Below are positions 1 to 11,834 of a stretch of DNA of 64,000 bases, piece by piece. Within the stretch, counting starts at the first letter, position 1. Each line of letters begins with the position of its first letter. The translations under genes were made by a program, and so were the position numbers. The notes beneath the pieces are model-generated. The model was not told where the DNA came from and searched no databases. It saw only the letters and a list, made by a program, of their open reading frames with translations. Source of the stretch: Hydrolagus affinis. Taxonomy: Eukaryota. The stretch lies in NCBI GenBank assembly GCA_012026655.1, contig JAAILG010001539.1, positions 1-64,000 on the forward strand, in the 5' to 3' direction.

Positions 1-213
1 TGAATACAATATGGCGGCTTTGCACCTCGGTCTGTGCATTGTGTATAGAGATGAGCATTCTGGGTCTTGTAGTTCAGTGTGTGCGCATTCCAATTTTTTA
101 CCTCAATATATCGATTTTTCGATATATCGATATTTTTAAAATGCCTATATCGGCGTATCGATATGAAAATTATATCGGGTTTTAGCGATATATCGATATA
201 TCGCCGGACCCTA
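1..213. mobile_element. Terminal part of a hAT-type DNA transposon (other end outside the window)
   Basis: Ends in CGATATATCGATATATCGCCGGACCCTA (reverse complement TAGGGTCCGGCGATATATCG), a TAGGG-type TIR. Repeated ATATCG/CGATAT subterminal palindromes at 106-203, typical of hAT non-autonomous elements. Confidence 0.65.
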
Positions 214-960
214 CTTTAAACTGGAACAATTCAACCTTTATTAATATGCAATTGTGTTATTTCAGAAGCGTAGATCTCCCTCATTAAAGCACGGCAGTTA
301 TGTGCTTAAAAACACACCAACAGAACTGATGTCCATTTCAGAATTTTGGCTTGTGTGCTGTTAGTGTTTTCGGAAGAGTTAATAATGCATTGATTTCACT
401 CAGCACTTTTAAACTAAAAGCATTTGGGGAAAAATTGAATCTGGAACTAGACTTACTCTGTTAATGAGGCCTTTTAGAGCATCCAGAATGTGGCAAATTT
501 TTAAGAACTACAGAAAATGTTCAGGCTGAATTTTTAAAAAATTGCCAAATGCTTCCTCTAGAGTAAATCTAGATCAACATGGGATTTCTCCCTATTTAAT
601 TTTAATCATATTATTACTTTCATCATAGTCAGTGGAATCTTTAAAGGGTCGATCAGACGAAACTGTGCAACTCAGGATTCAGTATTGACAGTAATATTGT
701 AATTCAAAATCTTTGACCCATCTTATGTTATATGCAAAGACTTTGTACACACTTGGTTTCTGAAATAGGTCAATAACCAAATCTTCATCACGTGACAACA
801 TATACTAAATGGGTCATTTGACGGGCATAGAATGAAGCAATTTTGTAAGCACCTGAAATGCATGAATCAATTAAATGCTCCCACATAGGAAGACCACACA
901 GAAATATGTTCACAGTCTGTGGGAGCTGTTTGCATGGATACACTTGGGAATTCCAGTGAA

Positions 961-1160
961 TAGGGCATTGTTCAGGCCCACCTAGATTATTGTGTGCAGT
1001 TCTGGTCATCGTCTTCAGTAAGGACATCTTGACTTTGGTGAGGCTACAGCAAAGAACAACTAAATTTATAAATCACAAGAGGACTATAGGATTAGGCATC
1101 TGAGCTATGAAGCAAACCCATGAGATCTAGATACATTTACGCTGAAGAAGGGAAGCAAGA
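961..1160 (+). mobile_element. Degenerate CR1 LINE ORF2 C-terminal fragment
   Basis: ggcattgttcaggccccacctagattattgtgtgcagttctggtc reads ALFRPHLDYCVQFW, matching ALVRPHLEYCVQFW of the CR1 copy at 43334-43947. Confidence 0.7.
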
Positions 1161-1278
1161 TAGGAACAGGTGGTCCTTCAACCCATCATGTCTGTTCTGA
1201 CACTTTAATAGATTATGACAGATTTTTAAACCCCCTTTACCCCATACCTCATGATAACAATTGTCATCAATAGGTGAT

Positions 1279-1380
1279 CACAAATATACAGTCAATTCAC
1301 TTGACATTATATTCGGTAAAGTGCTTTGAGGTGTCGATAAGATGTGAAAGCGCTATATCAAATGCAAGGATTATTATTAT
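1279..1380 (+). mobile_element. 3' fragment of the young tRNA/Deu-type SINE
   Basis: cacaaatatacagtcaattcact...gaaagcgctatatcaaatgcaaggattattatta, the tail of the full-length copies. Confidence 0.85.
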
Positions 1381-1570
1381 CTTTCAGCCTCTGCTCTCTG
1401 GAACTCCATCCTTCCAATTTATGCTCTCCCTTCCTCTTTTAAAGCCCACTTTACAAATTGCATCTTTTGAACGTGTTTTCGGTCGCCGGAGTGTCCAGCC
1501 AGCTGTGTAAAATACTTGGAGATGTCCTCCCAATGTGAAAGCTGCTCTGCAAGTGTATTTTACTGTTCAT
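1381..1570 (+). mobile_element. L2 LINE 3' fragment
   Basis: ctttcagcct...ctggaactccatc and decayed tail gatgtcctcccaatgtgaaagctgctct, homologous to 22062-22834. Confidence 0.7.
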
Positions 1571-1811
1571 TGTACAGAAATATTTGGGATCCTAAAGGGT
1601 ATAGATAAACTGGGACCATAAGGTCCTTCACATGGTCTGAAACTCCACAAAGGTCCACTGACATGAGATGAAAGTGGACTGTTCAGCTTTAAACTATGTT
1701 TCTATTTTGGCTCCTGTGTCTTGAAATGTGGTAGTGATGTGGTTTCAAGCCTTCACCAGTGTCCCGCCAGAATTGCCAAACACCTTCTGCAGTGGAAGGC
1801 GTATATATGTG

Positions 1812-2060
1812 TAAAACAAAAACAGAAGTAGCTAACAACCCTCAGTAGGTCAGGCAGCATCTATTGGAGAAAGGTAAGTGAGTCACAATCGGGTCCACGA
1901 TCCTTCGTCAGAACTGTGGCACATTGGGAGGGAGAGACTTTGAAGGACTAAAAGGGAGGGAAGAGGCAGGGCAAGGAAGACAAAGGAGAAAATGGTGTAG
2001 AGGACAGAAGATGATGGAATAAAGAGGTGTTAATGGTGCAAAACAAAGGGGGGATTGCAA
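1812..2060 (-). mobile_element. Penelope-like retroelement terminal (pLTR) fragment with hammerhead relic
   Basis: aaacaaaaacagaagtagct...ctcagtaggtcaggcagcatct...gagaaagg is shared with 27225 and 45803. Minus strand reads CTGACGA-AGGATC-GTG-GACCC at 1911-1891. Confidence 0.65.
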
Positions 2061-2769
2061 CAAAGTACAATATATAAGTGTAAACTCTAGTGTAATGTGT
2101 AGTCACCACTTTTGTAGTACTTCCAGACCAAGGAGGCTCTTGTGGCCTCACTTTCCAAGGATGTACAAATGTCTTGAAAATTTCGGGATGATAGAAACTT
2201 CATGAGAAATTGATTTTTTTCACTACAAAAATAATATTAGTGGAGGCCGGGAGCTGCGCAAGAATATTAGGCAGCTTTCGTCTTGGTTTCATGATTCTGA
2301 GGTCTTGGAAGGACTGGTGTGTGAGATCAAACAAGATGGCTCATATTTGATTGCACACACAAATTAGAATCTTAATTTCTTCCCTGCCCAATCTAGTTTC
2401 CAGTAATGAAAACAAGTTCAGCTCTGTCTCTCTCTCTTTCTCTCTCTGAATTAAAGCCCTAACTTCAGATATCCATATCCTTCTCTGAACCATCTCCATC
2501 ACTAGTGTTTCATTCTCTACCTCTACTGATGGACACCCTTCATCATTCACACATATTTATTGCTTCTTATTCAAACATGCATTGCCTTATATTTGCCTAC
2601 ATTAAAACAGATTTGCTATTTGCCTTCGCACATCTGTTGCATCGATATTCAATAATACAGTACGTATACTCATGTTAAAATATTAGAAAAGGAACTTTCT
2701 GTAAATGATCTATAAATAATGTAGATGATTGGAGGTTCAGAAGCCTATGAACCCAGTTGGTGTCTCTTT

Positions 2770-2930
2770 AGGTGTTGGCCTGGCTCAGTTGGTAGCACTC
2801 TCGCCATTGAGTCAGAAAGGTGTGCAATTTGAATTTATAGTGTGACACTCCCAACACAGTGCTGGGGTGTGCTGTATTTTTGGAGATGCCGACTTTTGGT
2901 GAGGAATTTAAATTGCAGCCCAGTCTGCCG
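2770..2930 (+). mobile_element. Old Deu-core SINE (SacSINE1/AmnSINE1-like), 5' part
   Basis: tRNA-like head tggctcagttggtagcactctcgcc..tgagtcagaa then a gtgctg...ggagatgccg...aaattgcagcccagtctgcc core; same layout as 10808 and 58938. Confidence 0.7.
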
Positions 2931-2934
2931 TGAC

Positions 2935-3210
2935 ACTCCACCATTGTCAGTCGGGCCTCCAGCCTCTCTTCCCCCACCCTCTGGAACTCTGGAACTCCAT
3001 CCTGGAGCACCTCCGCCTCATCCCCTTTCTTGCCTCCTTCAAAGGTTGCCTCAATAACTTCTTCAAATGTGCCCGCGGTCATCCTCCACCCACATCCCCT
3101 TGACCTGCATCCCACTTGATTCAAACCCCCAGCTCAGTGCAAATTCTTCACTTCAGCGCATTGCATCATCCTCTCAATGTGAAAAGCACTAAATTAATGA
3201 AATTTGTTGC
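2935..3210 (+). mobile_element. L2 LINE 3' fragment
   Basis: ccaccattgtcagtcgggcctccagcc...ctggaactccatcc...tcctctcaatgtgaaaagcact...tttgttg. Confidence 0.75.
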
Positions 3211-4950
3211 TTTTCTTCGGTCAAGTACTGTGCTTCTAACATATGGATTAGAAAATAAAGGAGGCCGTTTGGATGTCGAGCGAACCAGATCAACAGAACC
3301 AAATGTAGTGTTGTCGGGTGTATCGTGTTGCTGTGTAAAATAACTGGGTAGTGACTGGACTTGCATTGCAGTGTGTGTGTGAAAGAGTATATGACATCCT
3401 TTTGCATTCGTGACCTATTTGATTATCACTTTACAGTGGATAGTACAACCTTTGGACACATTAGCTCAAAACAACAAAAACAAAAAACAGCAAAAGGCAC
3501 AGTGGTATAGAAATTGTGTTGGATTTTATTGTGTTTTCACTTAAGGCCTTATATTTAGGTTGCAAGCAAAACCTGTCCAGTTGGTATATTAGATTTTGCT
3601 GCAGGCAGGTCACATGGTAGCCTGCGATTACTAGGCCTTTGGATTTGATGTTGATAAAATGCCACTATTCTGCTGAGGCCCGATCAATGGCTTCTTTTGG
3701 CTATTTGGTTACTATTTGCTTTTATTTCAATCTTTAAGTAAAGAAATACCTTGTTTGAGAGGGACATTGTAGCAGAACAAAAACAATAACAGAGCTGCTA
3801 CTGATCTCAGTCAATTCTGGAGTCGCGCAGGATGCTGTATCAATAATGTCGTGGTACCCACACCAGTATAGTAGCCAACCTTTTTGGTTGCCCAACAAAA
3901 TATGTTTCCTTGAGTGAATATTTCTTAAATAAATCAAGAAATATTCAATCAAGGAAAGAATCGAAACATAACATTGATTTAAAACAGATTCACTTTGACT
4001 CGTGTGAACATTCAGTGAGCCACATCTTTTCCTTAAAGCGCAACATACACAGTCAATTCACTTTACAGTGTGGGTTTGAGAGGTCTCGAAGACATAAGGC
4101 ACTATATCAAATGCAAAGATTATTAAGCATGAAATTTGAGTGTTGTGCCGACTTTTTTCTATTCATTGGAAAGCTGATTTTGTATCCATATTTGTGTACT
4201 TTTGTTTATAAAATGCATTGTGTCTGCTGATTTTTCTCCTCTCCCCTCCCCTCCTCATCTCCTAAAAGTGTTTGATTTTTATTGTTCTTCCAGTTTATTG
4301 GGACAAGAAATGCACTATATAAACACTTGTTGCTGTTGTTGATATTGTTCATAGTCACCAGTGGTCCTTATGTAAATCACCCAAATGATAGTTTTCATGT
4401 GTGAGCCTTGACAGTGGGTATTAATCATGTGAGGGTGGGGAGGTGTGGGGGAAGAGGGAACGCAACTGAACCTGTTTCACCGAGCATATGATTTTATCTT
4501 GCGTTTCATAAACCCAGAGAGAGAGATCAACTAATCAGGGTTCAAGCCTGTGGCTCTCTGGTGTGCGTGACCTAGTGATGATCAGTGTTTGCACCTTACT
4601 AGGCCATCAGGGGAAATGTATACTAGGCCATCAGTATACTCTATTTGAAGTGCTGATATTGTCGTTTTGTTATGGCAGTGACCGAAAAGGGAAATCTGTG
4701 TTTCCGAAATGGAAGCTACTGTGATGAGCACTGTAGCAAAGCTGCAGTAAAAGCAGGTGGGAACAATGGTGAATAAACAATGAGGATAACGGGAAGGGGA
4801 AAGGAGTGGGGGGTGCAATTGGGACATAGGGTGGTGGGAGGAGAGAGTGCACTAACTGCTGATTAATGGTCACGGTTCTGCTAATGAAACCAATAAAAGC
4901 AGCACTAACTTCGTAAATGATTGCAAGTGTATTTTTTCCCCCTTGTTTAG

Positions 4951-5137
4951 AAGCATGTTTGTTCATAAACGTGGACCCACAGGGAGAAGGAACAAGGTTA
5001 CTGGCCTCCAGTTCAAAGCATTACATTTTTCAGTGTCTGCTAGCAATCAATCTATCAGTGAAGTGGATATGAAGAGAATGAGTTGTATTTCTTTCCCTCT
5101 TCTCTTATTTAGAAGGTCAATTTCTTGCACAGTATGA
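4951..5137 (+). other. Candidate alternative/terminal exon inside a repeat-free conserved-looking block
   Basis: CACTAAC branch-like motif 4903-4909, pyrimidine tract ttttttcccccttgtttAG ending 4950, two open frames to stops at 5072 and 5137, AATAAA at 5237. No protein family recognised. Confidence 0.3.
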
Positions 5138-5444
5138 ATAGTAAATATTACTATGCAATACTACTGCATCAATCCCCTCTAAAGAATTTAATCCAGTATA
5201 TAGAAGGGATTCAATTACCTTTCAGTGAAGTCACCAAATAAACTTTATAACCCCAGTGTTGTGCAGTGTTAAGCACTCGGAGATGCTACCCGCTGTAGAG
5301 AGCACTATATAAGTGCAAGTTATTGTTGTTGTAAACATTCCTACTAATAAACAAGGAAGCGTAAATTCAGACACAGTGTTTTAAATATTGTATTTTGGGA
5401 AGTACAGAATAATTAATGTACATAGTGATTTGCAAAATGAATTG

Positions 5445-5938
5445 CAACGGCAACAACAAAATTACATTTATGGAGCACATTTCATGTCAAGAGGACATCC
5501 CAAGGCTCAACGGTCAGGGGTCAAACCCGAGCATGGGGGTGGGGCAGGGTAGGGTGAGGGGAGGCAGAAAGGTGGAAGGGTGGAAGAAGGCACTAACGAA
5601 AAGGAGGGTCTTGAGACCGGCCTTGAAGGAGGCAAGGGAGGAAGCAAGATGAAGGGACTGTGCGATGGAATTCTAGAGTGTGGGAGCAGAGAGGCTGAAA
5701 GCCCGGCCACGGATGGTAGGGCGGGTTGGACGGGAGACATGGAGCAGACATTGAACGGAGGGGGCCATGGATGGCCTTGAAAGTGAGGACTAGGATGTTG
5801 AATTCGATCCTCTGGGGGCTATGGAGCATACCGAGCCAGGGGAGGATGGGAATGATGGGGTTGCGGAGCCTGATGTGTGAGAGGACATGGGCTGCAGAGT
5901 TTTGGATAATCTGTAGCTTGTGAAGGGAAGAGCTGGGA
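5445..5938 (-). mobile_element. L2 LINE 3' fragment
   Basis: Begins with (CAA)n tail. Minus ORF 5593-5829 includes QRIEFNILVLTFKAIHG, the L2 ORF2 C-terminal motif (cf. RIEFKILVLTFKATHG at 22155). Confidence 0.9.
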
Positions 5939-7149
5939 ATTAAATTTTAGTTTGTAAATTTCCAGAGGTAGCTGTCAAATTGGTCAAAGACATTAGCTTT
6001 GTTTTTATTTGAATTGTATGTAATACTGAACCGTGGATGGTATATCTGAATGTGCAGCGGGACTGAACAAAGCCGAGTGTCGCCATGACAACTTTCGTGT
6101 TAACATTAACATGAAGTGACAATGTTTATTTCAGGGAGCAAAATTCCCCTTGTGTTGAATTGCAGATGTTATTGTCCAGTTCTGGGTTTTTTTTGACGAT
6201 ATAATGTATTCTTAGCAAAAGCTAATTAAACTAAAGTACACTTAAGGGAGGCGCAAAGAATAAAGGAAAGATTTATAAAAAGGAATATAGTTCAGGGATT
6301 TCAGTAAAACGCCTAGAGATGAGAACCTCTGTTTTTTGTTCGCCATCCATTCATACAATGAACTGACTTTACTAGTTCAGCTGGATCCTCCGAGAGTTGG
6401 AACAAACATTGTCCTGCCATTCTTAATGAAGGTGAGCATGATCCTTATGTCTCACAGCAATCCATGGCTTGTGTTCCTTAATAGAGCAGATTTGTGCTTT
6501 CTCCTTGGTACATTACATTAGCCCCTTAGGGTAAGGGCGCCTATTACTGGTGATATTGATAAGCCTGCCCCTCAATGTGAGAAATGAGATAGTGTGAATG
6601 ACACCAGATAGTAATCTGTGTGGTACTTGTTCAAGGGATGAGGAGGGGATATTTAATATTGTGTGTGTTGTGATCCTCGGAGTCTGGTTAAGGAAGATTA
6701 TGGCTAACGTGAATGGAGGTGCTCAGTTTTCAACGTTTAGTATGAGCCAGATTCAATGGAATTTTTTGCAAACACATCTGATGTTCCTTTATCACATTAA
6801 ATGGAATATGAAATTGTTTGGACTCCTTTTTCTCAAACCTTATCCCCGCCACAGGGGGAAATTAACTGTGCTTTGTTCTGGGGCCTACGATTAACAGGAA
6901 GAAATTTAAGTGGTCATTGGAACTACATTGGCTAATGTAACAGTGATTTTTTTAAATGTTCAGGCACTTGCAAGAAGTATATAAAAAGAACCATTTGCTC
7001 TCTCTTGTATTGTAACAGGTAGTATGGCTCAGGACGGGAGACCCATACTGGCTAGAGTTGCCTAGTATAGGAAGTTGGTCTAGCTACTATTTATAGAGGT
7101 AAACTCGCAAGGCACCATATATAATAAGTACTATGTGTTTCTATGACAA

Positions 7150-7640
7150 TAATAACTTGGATTAGTTCCGCTCACATGGGATAGAATCTTGGAGCGCTTA
7201 ACAGTGGAGGAGCTTGACAATGAGCCTGGGAGAGGTTGAAAATGAAGGGCTTCTGATGTGATCCAAAGATGGGGAAAGAGGGGTTAAAGCAGAGGGATTG
7301 AGGGAGAGAGAGTTCCAGAATCTTGGTGGGTAAGTGGTTGAGAGCACTGCCTACAATGGTAGAACAGGAGGGACGAGGGAGAAGCAGAAGACCAGAGCTA
7401 GAGAAGCAGGAGGCCGGAACCAGCCGAATAGAGATGCCAGATGCGGAGTGAGCGATAAGCAGGTCAGAGACGTAGGGAAGTGCCATGACATGAAGGGATT
7501 TGTAGACAAGTGTGAGGATTTTGGAGTCGATCTGTTCTGTGCTAGGAAGTGAGTGGAACCTGGCGAGGACTGGTGTGATGAGGGCATAGAGCTCAGAGCG
7601 GGTGAGTACGAGGGTTTCAGCTGTGTCGGGTGTGAGGTAT
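7150..7640 (-). mobile_element. L2 LINE 3' fragment (older)
   Basis: ORF 7172-7681 contains ITPVLARFHSLP..QIDSKILTLVYKSLH, the L2 C-terminal motif. Confidence 0.85.
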
Positions 7641-7779
7641 ATAATATTTACATTTAATCGCCTTAGAATGCCCCCCCCCACCCCCCCCCGATGTGAAAGG
7701 GGCTATGCAAATGTACTTTTCTTGTTGTATTTTCAACTACAGGAAATGTAAATCTTTGAAACTTTGAAATCTTTGGAAC

Positions 7780-8275
7780 CCATTATCCCAGTCCTCACCA
7801 AGCTCCACTGTTTCCGTCACTGTTGCTCACCCTCACCTATAAATCCTTTCACACTGCATCATCTCATTAACTCTGTGATCTTTGCCTTAAATCCTCTGCT
7901 CAACCCCTCCGTTTGGCTGCTCTTCCCATGCCACTATTGGTGGCTGAGCCTTCAGATTCTAGCCTCTAATCTCTGGAACTCCCTCCGTTCCTCTGTCTCA
8001 ACTCCCCGCTTCTGTCCTACTTTAACATCTATCACCATCCTTCTCTCCCTCCACCCCGCTCAGCATCCTGTCCTGACGTTGTAAAGCTCTCAAACATGTT
8101 ACCCTACATTTAGGCTTTGTACAAATGCATATTCTTGTTATTATCAACAATAATACCTCTTTGACCACACTTTTGGTCTTCACTCCCACCCCCAGGTCAG
8201 GTACCAAGCTATTCTGTTAAGCTCCTTGGAGCGCATGTGAAGGTTGCGGTGCTCTATCAATGTAAATTTGTACTA
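7780..8275 (+). mobile_element. Decayed L2 3' fragments
   Basis: IIPVLTKLHC in ORF 7764-8084, ctctggaactccctcc, and two decayed tails near 8140 and 8265. Confidence 0.65.
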
Positions 8276-9565
8276 TACAAGAGAAATATATTATAGAATC
8301 TTACAACACATAAGAAGGCCATTCGTCCCATCATATCAAATGCAACTATTATTATATTTATTGTCATGTCTGTCTACATTATGTGGATTCTGTGACATTT
8401 CCCACCAATTCCTCTATGTGCAGCAGTAGATAAAAATATTTATATGCTATGTAACTGATTCGTGGAGGTGACGCAGTTGTAAAAACTCATTGCTATAGCA
8501 GGGTATGTTTGTTTCCATTGCTTTTAATTCAGTGCAGTCGTGTGATGCAGTATAACAATAATTTTGATATATATAGCGCCCTCCACGCCGGACAGCGTCT
8601 CAGAGTGCTTCACAACAACGGATCCCGGGACCGAATAACCCCAATGATTGTACTGTATTCCCTTCTGTGTGGATTGCCTTCAAATCTGAGTTCACTTTAA
8701 TAACTATTCACATTGCTACAGTGTCTCTCACGTCCAGAAGATTCTCAAACACGCAATACTTTGCAGGAATTGAGGAGGTGGTGGGCGAAGGAAAGATTAC
8801 TGTACCAAAATCACTCTCAAAACGATAGATAATAAAACAAGTAAAACTGAACTCTTTGAGTTCTCCACCGCAGACACTAAGTATTTGTTTTTGGGAAATA
8901 AGACTAACACTTTGCAGAGAAATCGAGAGGGGGCTCTTTAACAAGCAGACAGTAGTTTGAGAGAAGAATGGAATTGCTCTGATCAATCAGCTCATTCTAT
9001 GCTGTGTCATTTTACACTGTTTAGAGCTCTTTATTGGTAGGGGGTTTGCATTCCACTGAATGTTCCCTTGTTGATGTAGCAGCCTGTTTCTCTTTGATGC
9101 TTTCAGCTAGTGAAATGAATGCAAGACTCGAGGATTTTATTGCCCTTTCAGTTAATCAAATGCAATTTTTATATGGTTTTCTCTGATACCTCTTGATTTT
9201 TATTGTTTAGAACTCAACTTTGTCCCCTTCTCTGAAGGCCACTTTCTTTACCTAAATGTTTACAGCCTAGAAAACGGGCATAGATGCCACACGAACCTCT
9301 ATCCCTCCTAATTCTGTCACCCGTACCCATCTATTGTCTTCTCCCCCTCTAACCTTGATCCTTTCTCCCTTGTGTATCCTAGACTAAGGTTCCACATGGA
9401 ACATCCTCAGATGCTTCACCCAATTGGCCATAATTCACGTGTCAGCTGAGGTTACCTATCACCAGTCACTGATTGAAACCTGTGACACTCAGGTCTGTAT
9501 GATCTTCTGGGCCACATAGAGCAGAATGAGTCTGCGAGGCTGATTTCAACCACGAGGCCATTATT

Positions 9566-9880
9566 TCCTGTAAATCAGTGGTTAAAGCACTCGCCTTTCA
9601 AGCATCAGACCTGTTCGAATCCAGGCAGATCAGGGCGAAACCTTAGGCAAGTTTCCCTACTCCACATGCCTAATAATAATCCGTCCCCAAAAAAAGGCAA
9701 TAATAAAAATTCGGTCATTTTCAATCCACAACTGTTTGTGGGACACTGCTGTGCACAGTTGGCTGCCGCGTTTCGTCCACAAATATACAGTCGATTCACT
9801 TTACAGTATATTCTGTGAAGTGCTTTGAGACATCGATAAGATGTGAAAAGTGCTATATCAAATGCAAGGATTATTACTAT
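9566..9880 (+). mobile_element. Young tRNA-derived Deu-type SINE, short form, near full length
   Basis: A-box-like aatcagtgg, B box gttcgaatcc, body gctgtgcacagttggctgccgcgtttcg, tail ctatatcaaatgcaaggattatta. Confidence 0.9.
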
Positions 9881-10807
9881 TTTATTTTCACTGCCCTCTA
9901 GTAATTTAGTTTTTATTAACTAAGCATAGTGTCATTTGCTTTAGGCTGCACAAGACTGAAGGGGTTTTAAGCTTCTGCGGGTGACATTCTTCAGAAGCCT
10001 CTCCAGTGTCTATCTCATTTCATGGATGAATTGGGTTTCCGTTTGACACGATTTCTTGATCATTGTTTATTTGAGTTGTTGACGATGGTGAAATGGAAGT
10101 TTGTTGCCAATGGAAACCGTTATTCTTTCTCTTTCCCCCCCATCAAACTTACTGTGGGACTCCACTGATGTGGAGGTGACTCAATGTCTTCAAACCCCTA
10201 ACATGGCGTACGGATGGTGGCCTCTGAAACACTTTAAACTCCCTGCTGTTCCAGGTGGCGGGATCGCAGCAGTGTAACAGTTTGCCTCAAGGATAACTGC
10301 TTGCTGGCATCCTCTCCCTGTTTCTATGCCAGATACAATAATAAAAGCACCATATCGTGGCTTGTAGGATCAAGAGAGGTTCAAACAGACAGCATTGATG
10401 ACCACAGGTCTAAGGTACCAATATCAATACCGTATCACAGGAGATTGCAATGATATTGTGCACATGATGTTTGCGCAACACATTTTGTGCCCAACATCTA
10501 TACTGAGCTTTCTAGGATTGTGATGTGCCTTAATCATAACCTTACTATTCCAGTATATCATTTTCATTTTCCACACCAGACATTTTTGTGGGCTGGATTT
10601 AACTACCAGTTACTGTAGTGTGTATTTTAGGGAATAGTGTTGTGGGCTCATTCCCACCAGGAATTTTTACTACCCACATTCATTTTATCAGGATCATTAG
10701 AAAGGAGAGACTTTCTTTACCAATTGGACTTGACTGCATTAAAGACAGAAGTCAGACTTGTATTTCCTACACACTTCTTTTCTGTTAAAGAGACTGTGTC
10801 ATTCTGA

Positions 10808-11157
10808 GTGTCAGCCTGGCTCAGTTGACCACTCTTGCCTAGACTAAGTCAGAAGGTTGTGGAAGATTCAAGCCCATATGTTGAAATTTGGAACCTATAA
10901 TGGCTGTTCTGACATTCTGATATAGTGTGTTGCTTTGTCAGAGGTGCCACCATTCAATGAGACGTTAAACCAAGGTCCTGCCTGTTTCGCCAGTTGAACG
11001 TTAAAATCCCATGTCACTATTCAAAACAATAAGAGAGTTTCTCCCAATATTCACAACAAAATGCAGTCACATCACTTCCCAGCATATCATGTGAAGTGCT
11101 TTGAGACGTCTTGGTGAAGTGAGAGGGCACTATGTGAAATGCAAGGATTATTATTTT
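10808..11157 (+). mobile_element. Old Deu-core SINE (SacSINE1-like), near full length
   Basis: gtcagcctggctcagttg...gtcagaaggttgtgg..ttcaag head, tgtcagaggtgcc...tgagacgttaaaccaaggtcc core, aatgcaaggattatt tail. Confidence 0.8.
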
Positions 11158-11319
11158 CCATGTCGGTGCTAGTTGACTTTCAGCATCTCGACACAGTGGT
11201 CATTCTCCTGTGTTATCCTGTCAGGCATTGGCTGAGTGTGCTGCTATGAGGGGCATTGCACCTGAGCCCAGTTCTCTTCAACTGACACTCTACACCTGCA
11301 TTGTCCAGCAGGGGTCACA

Positions 11320-11680
11320 GTGAAATGGTTAGCAGCGGGAAGAAGTTGAAGATTGAACAAGAAGCCGAGGTTCTGTATTGGCTCCATGAGATGTAGTGTG
11401 CATGCATGGAGGGAGATCCTGTCAGCGTCTGAGGTACGGAGGGGCTGATGGAAGTTGATCAAGAGGGCCTCGGTCTTGTTGACATTCAACAGTAGGAAAT
11501 TAGATCTCATCTGGGACTTGATGTCTGACAAATATTCTGTCAGGACAGCAGTGATCCTGGAGCCTAGGGTGGGGGAGAGAGATACAGTTGGGTATCATTT
11601 GCATATATGTAGAAGTTGAATCCATGTCTGCAGATGATGGGAGCACATAAATATTGAAAAAGAGAGGATCAAGGTCTATC
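11320..11680 (-). mobile_element. L2 LINE reverse-transcriptase fragment
   Basis: Minus strand reads YANDTQLYLS near 11575-11605 (decayed YADD) and SDIKSQMRSNFLLLNVNKTEALLI (ORF 11244-11531). Confidence 0.85.
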
Positions 11681-11834
11681 CAAAGTACCTTACATAATCA
11701 TGACTACACTGCAAAGTAACTACTTATATAAATATCTTGCATATTTTGACCAGATTAGTCTAATAGTCTAGTCTATTACACAAAACTAGGAGGAAGCGTT
11801 AACACCAAGGATGACATTTTAAAAATGCAGTGCA

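Noticed and set aside
8767-8836. Acceptor then IEEVVGEGKITVPKSLSKR* and AATAAA (mini terminal exon)
   Set aside because: Poor pyrimidine tract and too short to support.
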